DNA of 12,173 bases from Selaginella moellendorffii (Eukaryota; Plantae; Lycopodiophyta). Numbering within the stretch: position 1 is the stretch's first letter; every line of letters starts with the position of its first letter. The stretch spans positions 1 to 12,173 of the forward strand of contig NW_003314565.1 in assembly GCF_000143415.4 (NCBI RefSeq), read 5' to 3'. The notes under the pieces are model-generated. The model was not told the DNA's origin. It did no database searches and saw only the letters and a list, made by a program, of their open reading frames with translations. The position numbers were made by a program, and so were the translations under genes. Shown here one piece after another: positions 1 to 9,062 of this stretch.

Positions 1-49
1 CGACGAAGTGAATAGGCGTTAAACTCAGGTCTCAACTTACGACCTCAAC

Positions 50-520
50 ATGGCTATCTACAGCTCCTTTGCCGAGGTTGGGTTTGGGAGCACAGCTGGT
101 ACCTTCATCGTTTCACCAACTTTCCCTAGAACCGGCCGGACAGAGTCAGTGACTACTGAACTTGAGGAAAAATGGGATCCTATATGGCTGCGAAAGTCTC
201 GTGAGTTTGATGGATTCTTAGGACAACATGTGGAGACAGCAGGGTTCATTGGAAAGCTCTTTTGGGTGATCGATGGAAACCATAGGTGGCTGGCATTTTG
301 GAAGTGCATTCAAGAGAAGTTCCGAGATGACGAAGAACGACACATTAGTGTTCCAGTCACACTTGTCGAACCAATGACTCGGGAGCACACTGTGAAGCTC
401 AACATGGCATGCCATAAGATCAACATGTAAGAATTTATTTTTTGTAAACTTAGCTAATATCGTGTTTTTGCAGGCTAAACCAATTTGCGTTTCAAGCTCA
501 TACATTGGTACATGACATTG
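50..520 (+). other. ParB/Sulfiredoxin-like (DGQHR-related) N-terminal domain
   Basis: SFAEVGF..GTFIVSP matches the ParB S[IF]xxxG[FL]xxPIxV pattern. FWVIDGNHRWLAF matches the GxxRxxA arginine patch, followed by SVPVTLV and a KINMLN helix corresponding to ENxxR. There is a ~45-aa insert between the first two motifs. Confidence 0.7.
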
Positions 521-3215
521 AGCACCTTCGGTTTATGGGCATGCTCTCGCTAGAGGAGGTCCAAACATTGTACAATCGTGAGGTATTTGAAGCAATTCGA
601 GTGAAGCTAGCAGCTAGGAAAGGCCAAGAATTGCAGACTTGGTACCAACTGCCACTTGATTTTCTAGTTGCTGTCTGGGTGAAGGTAAATTAATATTGAA
701 GTATGTATCAACTTACATAATGTTTCTTGCAGCCCATAATCAAAGGAGAAAGAGCGTCATTCTTTAAAAATGCCCGAGGGGACGAGCAGCAGAAGGAGAT
801 GGAGTGGCATGCGATTGAGCAGCGAATTTTGAATACGAAGAGAACAAAGGTGAAAAAGTTGCTCTCGATTGCAGACATACGACGCGGGCAGGAATGGCTT
901 GATAGCATTGCCGAGATTTGTTCTCGCGTTCGTAAGTTCTTATAAAATTTGTGAAACATTTCATAACTCTTTGTGTGTGTAGGAACTGGTAAAGCACCGG
1001 AGGAACTCATTTACAACATCTCTAAGAGTAAAATGTCCTTTGCTGAACAAAGTGTCTGCTTGGAACTTCTCAACACTTGGCTGCGAAATAACGAAAAACG
1101 CTGCGAGATAAGGATGGAGAAGGTGATGAAGGAGAAGGCATACATTTCTCAGAGTATTGCCGCTGGTGAGGAGATGCTACAAGTCTGGGATGAGAAGTTT
1201 CTTTCCAGCACCCGCACAGGTATCACTCTCGAAGAATATATTCGTGCTTGTCTTGCGGAGCTAGGGAATGGTTGGCTTCCACGTGGTGGGACAAGTTCGG
1301 CTGAGTTCAAGAACCAACCAGGACAACCATTTCTTGCGAGGCGCATGGTTTACAGGTATTTTTTCAATTCTCATTTATATATTGGTATTTATATTTTTGT
1401 TTTACTTTGTAGATATTTAAAATATAGCCCCGGCGCACCGGTATACACAACCGGTGTTTTGCAGAAGCTCCTGACTAGAGGCAAGAAGCTTGGGATGTAT
1501 GAGCCAGAGTTCTACTGTCCTTGTACACATGAGAGGGAGCTATGCCCGTGGTACCTTGAACTCATGGAGCAGATGCCAACATCGGACTTCGAGCTAGATC
1601 TCTACCTTGAATGTCATCCAGGTTCACTTGAAACTCAGCACTTAGCTAGGAAATATTAACCTTGAGTTATATTCTTATTTTCCAGAGGCACTTTCTGACT
1701 GTGATAACGACATTGTTGAAGTTCAACAACTAAACCTAGAAGTCAGCACTCAGGAAACCATTCAGGAGATGCCAAATCCAAATACTGTTGAACCAGAGGA
1801 AATTGTACAGGAAATTCCAGCACAAGAGATTCCAGTACCTGCTCCTCGCAACCCCCGAAGGGGCCGTCATGAAACCTTTCATGAGAGTAAGGACTTTGAT
1901 TTGGAACATTCTTTTATTCATTCTTGACTTCACTTTTTTTTTTATAGATGTTGCAGAGAGCAGCCATCAGTCTTTTCGGCGGACTAAGACATTCTTCCCA
2001 TCCCTCCCTACGGCTACAGATGACGACCTAGAAGAGCTCTCCTCTGCAGCGATGCATAAACAGGTTAGTAAGCATGAATTTTATCTTCAACTTTTAGTTC
2101 TAATAATTGATTTTCAGGTTCGCTCTCTATCCCCAACGGCCAGTGTTGGGGAAGTTGCTATTCTCATTGGGGATTACACACAGCTTTTAGATGCTACTAG
2201 TCGGGAGCTCTACATGCTTGATCGGTGGATCCATGGTTTGGGTCAGCTCACACCTTATGGGAAGATCGATTTCATCTTTTTTGATCTTCCCGATGGGATG
2301 GCACCACCGCAGGGGGATACTCCGTCATGGAATGTGTTGCAGGCCCAACACATTTCCCAAGCCTTAAAGGTTGCGAGCAGCTTCATGACATACGAGGGTG
2401 TGGTTGTCATGATCCTTCCTCGCTCTCTAATGTGGGAAGGCCTTCTCGCACACTTGGCTGACAACGATGATGGATTTGTTGAGTTTTCATCTGGCTGCCT
2501 TCTTTCGAGTATGGCGGTGGACACAAAAGGCACTAGCAGGCAGACACGAAAGGTGTGTGACTTCTTTATTTATAAATTAACTCTATTCTATTTTTTTTTC
2601 CAGATTTATTCCTGGAACTACCATGCTCTATGCCACATTGGGAACCAGCGTAATGCCACACGAGCTGATGAGCGTGCTGCTCTTGCTTTACCAGGATATG
2701 ACAACTCTACAGACATCATCCCAAATGTGATTGACTCGGACGTTCTTCACCCAGCGTTCCCTGGTTATCGACATCGTTCGGTCACGGCCATGCAAATCTT
2801 GTTGGAGTTATTTTGTCCGCCAAAGGGGATTGTGCTTGATGCTACAGCAGGATTTGGATCAATGGTGCAGGCAGCAAAAGAGACAGGCCGAGCGGTTTTT
2901 GCACTTGAGAAGGAGGGTGCCTTTGAGGACATTCTTAGGAGATTTTGCGACATGTGATGTTAGTGCTTGAAATAATCTATAATATTTATTCTCAAATGTT
3001 TCTATTTTATTAGGTCTAAACTTATCACACACAGGGTTTCAGTCCACACGCTTGATCTTGATGATATGGATGATTATATGGACCAAAGTCAATTCCACTT
3101 ACCTATTTATGCTGAACGTATGGCACAACATTACATACAACACGAGCCTATAGTGAAGGAGCATTCCACTATACCCATTTCTACTTTTCTGGATATGGAA
3201 GCAGAAGAAGATTGA
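50..3215 (+). CDS. 10-exon gene: ParB/Srx-like domain + beta-class N6A/N4C DNA methyltransferase fusion (~890 aa; 5' end may lie upstream)
   Basis: Manual splicing gives exons 50-426, 474-684, 733-931, 983-1355, 1413-1621, 1686-1886, 1948-2063, 2118-2552, 2604-2953, 3014-3215. All nine introns are GT..AG, 47-64 bp, AT-rich with pyrimidine tracts, and all phases join without a stop (2673 nt = 890 aa + TGA). Motifs: DGNHR at 272-286, DLPD at 2283-2294, DATAGFGS at 2838-2861. Confidence 0.85.
2118..2953 (+). other. N6_N4_Mtase-like (beta-class) SAM-dependent DNA methyltransferase domain
   Basis: Catalytic-type motif IV KIDFIFFDLPDG (cf. DLIxxD[PL]PYG) precedes SAM-binding motif I in HRSVTAMQILLELFCPPKGIVLDATAGFGSMVQAAKETGRAVFALEKE (cf. 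QKPxxLxxxLIxxxxxxGDxVLDPFxGSGTTxxAAxxxGRxxIGIE). Motif order IV before I defines the beta class. Confidence 0.8.
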
Positions 3216-3414
3216 ATATATTTTGATTTTAATATAAATTATATTGTTTAATATATTATTTTCTTTTTTTGTAGACTAAAAGATTAGTTCATGTCGAACC
3301 AATAATCTACATGAGCTTATGGAATACCTTAAACACCTAGATTTTATGTTAAAAATTCTTGGTTCGGGACGAACTAAGGTAGTGCCATTAAACTTTTGCT
3401 AGTTAGGGGATTGT

Positions 3415-3478
3415 ATTGACTTCCTTTGACTTTCGTTGACTTTCATTGACTTGAGCTCAGCTCGTGAGCTCAGCTCAA
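3415..3478. repeat. Short TTGACTTTC-type tandem repeat plus near-perfect palindrome TTGAGCTCAGCTCGTGAGCTCAGCTCAA (3451-3478)
   Basis: Read directly: ~4 copies of a ~10-bp unit, then a 13-bp inverted repeat with one mismatch. Confidence 0.7.
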
Positions 3479-3941
3479 AAACTACCCAGCCCCCCCGCAA
3501 GCACAAGCAGCCAAGCACACCAAGCTTCCAGGTTCCTAACATCCCTTGGTACCACAAGACTTGATCATGGGACCCTCTAAATCCCAAGTTTTGAGTGCAA
3601 CACTTGCTTCAGGACGCCGGGGCGAAACACCGTGGCCTAGCGGCCCGGTATGGGTACCTCTACCCCCCCACTTCCATCCCGAAGGAAGGCCCAAGCCCCT
3701 AGGAAGGGCAAGGACCAATGAGCCGCATGGTACTCAAGTGGGGCACCACTCCACATGAGCCGAGAGCACCGCAATCGGTTTCCCTTTCGAGAGTGGGAGC
3801 TGCTCTTGAGCACTTCCTTGGATGGCCCCTCCGGCACCAACCAAGTCCATACTCACTCCCACCCAAGGCCCCTCGGTCCCAATCCCAACCTCAAGTCGGT
3901 TTGGGAGCCCCACTGAAGAGTCCCTTCAAAACTGGTTCCTA

Positions 3942-4064
3942 GACCTCACTATCCCTACTATACTTTTGGAACCCCCTGCAGCCCCCCCCCCCCCCCCCCC
4001 TGGGAGACGCACGCTTTGGGCTTTCACCCCTTGACCCGTATTAGTATTTGGACTTAGTCTCTGG
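3942..4064 (-). repeat. Shared ~120-bp core, copy 1 (inverted relative to 9838-9958), containing a C19 tract (3982-4000)
   Basis: CACGCTTTGGGCTTTCACCCC (4010-4030) is the exact reverse complement of 9871-9891, and the flanks align with scattered mismatches. Confidence 0.9.
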
Positions 4065-4302
4065 CTCGATCTCGGACCCGACTTCGGATTCGGTCTCGGA
4101 CTCGATCTCGGACTCGATCTTGGACCTGATCTCGGACTCGACCTCGGACTCGGTCTCGGACCCGATTTCGGATCTCGGACTCCGTCTCGAACTCGGTCTC
4201 GAACTCAGTCTCGAACTCGGTCCCCGAGTCGGTCTCGGACTCGATTCCGGACTCTATCTCGAACTCGGTCTCCGAGTCGGTCTTAGACTCGATCTTCGAC
4301 TT
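4065..4302. repeat. CpG-rich degenerate 6/12-bp minisatellite (CTCGGA/CTCGAT/CTCGGT/CTCGAA)
   Basis: About 40 hexamer-type units read directly; they produce spurious SDSI/TEFE/RVRD repeat ORFs. Confidence 0.9.
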
Positions 4303-4828
4303 GGTCCCATCCGATGAACTCTTTGTCATTTTGGTCATGCTTTCGGGGTTCCTTTAACCTACACACCTCGGCGAGTTGATTCCTTACACTAACACCTCCA
4401 TTTCCACACTAAATTTACCAATCCTTCAATTGTGTAGATTAGTTATTCCATGTGAGATAACTAGTCATTCACCCATACCGTAGTCCTACGGTGGATACCT
4501 TCGTCTATAGATGCTCCACACAAGAGGAAGGATATATGTATGGATGCCCAATACGTATGATTTCAAATTTAAGGGTAGGAATATATCTTACTCAAGGGTT
4601 TATTATATTTTTAAGTAGCCACTAATCAATGAGAATTGAACTCGTGCCATTTGCTCCGATATCACATGTAACACACCTCATCTCTCTCCCCTTAAGCCAA
4701 TTGAAAAAAGGGTAATTACTTAATAAGAGAGCCCTTAGTGGCTATTTTATCCCTATTTATCCCCCAACATTCTAAGGATTCACAGTGATAGTATATCCAA
4801 ATTTCATCCCATGATTACATGTGCTACA

Positions 4829-7410
4829 TTGCTATACATTATCGTCTGCATTTGCGTCGTGCAGTAAAGCAAGTTTTCATTCTTTATAATAACAACTGTA
4901 CACACGCATGTGCATAGGATGAGGCAGATCTAGTTGTGCATGTAGGCGATTTCGAGTTTGAGTTGTAGTCATTGCAGGTGGTGCTGAGTCAAGCTTTTGA
5001 CCTCATCTTTAATATAGATTAGTTATGGCGCAATCATGCCAAGTGTGACTTTGAAGTTTCTCCCCTTATCTCATACTTCCTGATATTTCTTTTATTCTTC
5101 TCACTTCTGTACTTCTTGCTCCCTTTGCTTCTACCTCTGCTTCCATCACTTTTGTTTCCCCCTTACTTCCTCCTAAGTTTTTGTCTTGTTCCTCTCTTTC
5201 TTTTTCCAATCCCTCCAACAATTTTTGTGTTGCAATAGTTGATCGACTCATGAAAGAGTATGCCGATCTCTTTAAATTTAACCTATCATCCGAGGCTAAG
5301 ATTGCAACACATCATTTTATTCCAACTGGGGATGCTCGTCCAATTAAGGTTCTTATTTATTTTCGATCACCCAAAAAGATCAAAATTATATGTATAAATG
5401 TCAAGAAAATGTTGGAAAAGGGAGTTATTCAGAAATCATGGAATCCTTGAGCATATGAACCTCATCTTGTAATGAAGCCTAATGGGAGTATTGTTTTTTG
5501 CATCTACTATCGTTTATTAAATAAAGTGACAATCCCAAATATATACCTTCTTTCTAAGACTGTTTTTCATACATCGTTTTGTTTATACGAGTTCTTGGTG
5601 ATGCTGTTTGGTTTGAACAATGTTTCAGCAACTTTTCAGAGGATGATAAATGAGGTTTTTTATGATATGCTAAATGTGACTACTGACTTCATCAATGATG
5701 TCTTAATCCACTCGAAGGAGATATGGGAGGAGCACATTCATGATGTTCGTAAGGTGTTTGATCGGCTAATTAGTTAAAAGCTGAAGTGCGTATTTGTGTC
5801 CAAAGACATGACTTATCTTAAGTATCATATTTTTCATGAGGGTTTACAAATTGATCTTAATAAGCTTATGGTTGTTCTAAAGTTTCCTACTTCAAAGTGT
5901 GTGAATGATGTGTAGCACTTCTTGGGCAAAGTGTAGTATCTTGATCATTTTATTGATCATTTTTCTGATTGCACCACACTACACTGTTGCAAGCATTGTT
6001 GAAGTCGTTAATATCATCTTTCATTTGATTTATAAATTGTGATTGGGTGTTTATAGATCTTAAAGAGATGTTGATAACTCCTCCAGTTTTGGTGTATCCT
6101 GACTACATTTAACCTTTCATTTTGCGTGTGAATGTTTCTAATATTAGTCGTGGAGGTGTGTTGATGCAAGAGAGCCCGAGTGTGCTTGGTCAGTGCCATC
6201 CCATTGCATATATCAACCATACATTACAATTAGCGAAGGTGAACTATTCCACGACAGAGAAGAAGTGTTTAGTAACAATTTGGGGTTTCAAGAAACTTCA
6301 TACATATCTACATGGTTCTTAGACATTATTAAAAGTTGATTATACTATAGTTACTTCATTATTGAAATAGAACAACTTGGTTGGTCGTATTACTTGATGG
6401 GCTTTGAAGCTTCAGATATATGATTTTGATGTTATTCATCACTCAAAAAGTTCTATGGCTAATACTGATGCTCTTTCTTGAGTTCATTTTCCTTCTTCAC
6501 TCTCTTCTCATGTTTTTTATGAACCTATTATTTAGCATCTATGGATTTTTTGGATAAGGATTCCATGCCATAAGCAATTGTTATACTTGATATTTAATAT
6601 CCACAAGATGCAGAGTAAAATTTACCTTCTCTTAATGAGGTTCATGAAGCTTAAAAGATTGAGCTACGGATTCGAATACTTCGCAATGGGTTTGAGAATT
6701 TTGTGTCACTTGCTAATGACTTGCCATTTCACCATTTACATTCTCAATATCGCCTTAAGGATGGTCTTCTTTATTTTCTAGAGATGGATCTTAATAATTA
6801 TTTATGGCTGGTGGTGCCTTCAATCTTTATTTCACACTTTCTTCATGCCTATCATAATTCTTCTATTCTATATGGGACATTATCATGTGATTGAGAAGTT
6901 GCGTAGGTCTTTTTATTGGCCGAAGATGCGATGTGATGTTATCTGATATGTGCACAGCTACATCTAGTGCCAAGGGTGCAAAGTTCTATTGGTGTTTCAC
7001 GATATAAACTCCTATATGGTCATGATTTAATACTGCTAACAAAGTTAAGTTTACCTTCACAATTGCCATGGGCTGCTAATGCTAGGCCATAAGATCAATA
7101 TTTAATGAGCATTATTCCACTTGTCTTAGCAAAGTCTGCCAAACACTTGGGCTATATACAAGTGGGATAACAATAGTGCTATAACTCCTATCATCATCCA
7201 CCTGTAGAGTACAAAGTGGATGATTTGGTCTTAGTTTTACATCTTACAGTACGTGATTTATCTAAGGGGCTCTTTGCTCAATGGAATAGTCCTTCTTATT
7301 GGGTGTTGCAACAAATTGAACCACAAGTTTACAAAGTTTGGCATAACATCCAGTAAACCGATCCTCCAAAAATTGTTTATATGCAATGGCTAAAACGCTT
7401 TGTACAAAGG
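4829..7410 (+). pseudogene. Decayed Ty3/Gypsy pol (protease C-term, RT, RNase H, partial integrase)
   Basis: Protease tail LQVVLSQAFDLIFNID*L (~4970-5030). RT: KMLEKGVIQKS, KPNGSIVFCIYYRLLNKVT, LYEFLVMLFGLNNVSATFQRM, FINDVLIHS. RNase H: NVSNISRGGVLMQ, HPIAY, NYSTTEKKCL, NTDALS. Integrase Zn region: FYWPKMRCDV..CQGCK. GPY/F tail: YKVDDLVLV..AQWNSP. Order PR-RT-RH-IN is Gypsy. Many stops and frameshifts. Confidence 0.92.
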
Positions 7411-7517
7411 GATCATGAACAATTGGTACCACCTACAGATCCTTTGATACCTCCTCCTGATGTTCCTCCAAATCCTAGCCCATTCACAAGAGAATCTTGA
7501 CGGTCTTCTATCATTCT

Positions 7518-7708
7518 GAGAAGAGGAGATGATATGAGGTCCAAGTGTATGGGTATGATGTCATATAATAATATTAGCATAGTGGGATTTTTGTAGTCAT
7601 TAGATTGGTTTCAATTTAGACCACTTGGTTTTATATATAAACTAGGGGTTTTGGGCTAATTGATATGCATATTTCTTATATTCTTTTTTCATATTCAATG
7701 CACTCACA
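7518..7708 (+). mobile_element. Polypurine tract (7518-7532) and short 3' LTR (7533-7708) of the Gypsy remnant
   Basis: GAGAAGAGGAGATGA is followed by T(A)TGAG...CTCACA terminal inverted ends, with an internal TATATATAAA. It lies just downstream of the integrase tail. Confidence 0.6.
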
Positions 7709-7762
7709 ATATTTCATTACTAGAAATTAAAGATTATTCTAGTATATCATTTTCAATTATAT

Positions 7763-8690
7763 TTAAGTATTTAAAAGTAAAAAGTCGAGGTGGCATGCAA
7801 ATCCAAATAAGCAAATCGGGCCTACCCTAAATAAAGGGGGGTGCTGTATTGTTTCCTTCCAGGCTTTATGCCAATCTGGTTTAACCTCCCAACCTGTAGA
7901 GTCAAGCACCTCACCATCCTTCAAGACCTAGAACAAGAAGAATAAGTTCAAGTGTGCTCTTGGTGTAAAAGAACAGATCAATGACATTACCTTCTGCACA
8001 TTGGAAAGCATATACTGGTTCCTCTCAGCATCCTGAGCATTATCAAGTATTACTGCAGTGCAACACACGTCCTCTTCATCTGCAGGGTAAAATCTCCCAT
8101 CCATCACCAAATCCTTAGGACTCATGATCAGCAAGAAATAATCCCTCTCTATGACCGGATCATGGACCATACTCTCCCCAAATGTGAAATCCACTGCATA
8201 TTCCTGACCTATGTGCCTCAGCATCCCGCGCACAACCTATGCTCACTTCATGATAAAATGTTAAGAACCCTAAAACCTCAAAATCAAATTTTTGGAGCGC
8301 CAGAATCAAGCTTGTGGAATGCGATGGTTTCTGCATATGCCCACTTCTGGTATCTTGTTTGAATCTTTGGCAAGATGCAAAAAACAACAGGAAGTGGAGA
8401 ATATTTAACTCAACAAGGTCATGTATTCTCCACAATTCTCTCTTGCAAGAACTTTGAAGCAACGGTTGTGGCTTTGAAAATAACGTACATCTGAAGCTCG
8501 TTTGGAAGAATGTTTCTTTCTCTCTATCTAGTTACCATGGTTTTGTAGCCGATGCAAATTACTGACAAAGGTGTTTTGGCAACTGCTCAGGTTCTGAATT
8601 TTTGAACTTGGTTACTTGCAAAAGCTTGTAAAAACCAGAGGAAGAGGAGCTGGATCAAAATCACTATCACCACCATTCACAATCACCATT

Positions 8691-8722
<32 letters not shown>

Positions 8723-9062
8723 GTGATGATACTCCCCGAACCAAAGAAGATCCGGTCTGTGAGGCTGCTCAACAAAATAGCCAAGCAAAGCAAGAGGGCC
8801 GAAGCCTGGTACTAAGAACAAACTTTTGCTTGTTCTTACCTTCACTTTGCACAGATTGTTGTACCATAGCTAGCCAGCTGGTCACAAACAGGTTTCTTGT
8901 AGAACTTACATTTTGGTTTTGCAAAGCCGACCAAGAGTGGCTGGACGCTTGTTTGTTTGTGAGCAAAGGGCCATGGTCCAGCAGAGGAGCTCTCGTAGGA
9001 ACAAGGGATGGTGAGGAGAAATTTGGTGGGCTTGCTCTTTCAGTTTGTTTCCCGAGTGTTTA
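7763..9062 (-). pseudogene. Intron-containing gene or pseudogene of unknown function; Ser/Pro-rich N-part, possible divergent methyltransferase-like C-part
   Basis: A clear 63-bp GT-AG intron at 7990-7928 joins ..LSNVQK to VLKDGEVLDSTG.. in frame. Further donor-like sites occur near 8839 and 8535. Upstream frames could not be joined without stops or shifts. The coding-like sequence ends at the LTR B junction. Confidence 0.5.
8691..8717. repeat. (AGC)9 microsatellite
   Basis: Nine perfect AGC units. Confidence 0.95.

Larger units (their letters stand above)
3401..4828 (-). mobile_element. LTR-like unit A (~1.43 kb), probable solo LTR
   Basis: On the minus strand it starts TGTAGCAC (4828) and ends CCCCTAACT (3401; one mismatch from ..AACA). 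It is flanked by direct TTGCT at 3396-3400 and 4829-4833 (candidate 5-bp TSD), has no coding capacity, and shares a ~120-bp core with unit B. Confidence 0.5.

Noticed and set aside
1-49. In-frame TAA at 20-22 as proof of pseudogenisation
   Set aside because: Unresolved: it could be 5' UTR, an intron ending at CAG 26-28, or a real nonsense change. Upstream sequence is outside the window.
2660-2680. CTGATGAG hammerhead-ribozyme core
   Set aside because: It lies within a coding exon, and no supporting stems or GAAA partner were found.
1788-2957. 389-aa ORF as a stand-alone single-exon (bacterial-like) methyltransferase with hydrophobic segments
   Set aside because: The hydrophobic F/L/I-rich stretches are read-through introns (1887-1947, 2064-2117, 2553-2603), and the first ~33 codons are the wrong frame of exon 6.
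3399-4034. Several short Pro/Gly-rich ORFs here and at 9845-10440
   Set aside because: GC-rich LTR sequence gives chance ORFs in several frames with no recognisable motifs.
4048-4338. Repeat-protein ORFs (SDSISD / TEFETE / RVRD) or a CRISPR-like array
   Set aside because: By-products of a hexamer minisatellite; there are no unique spacers and no cas genes.
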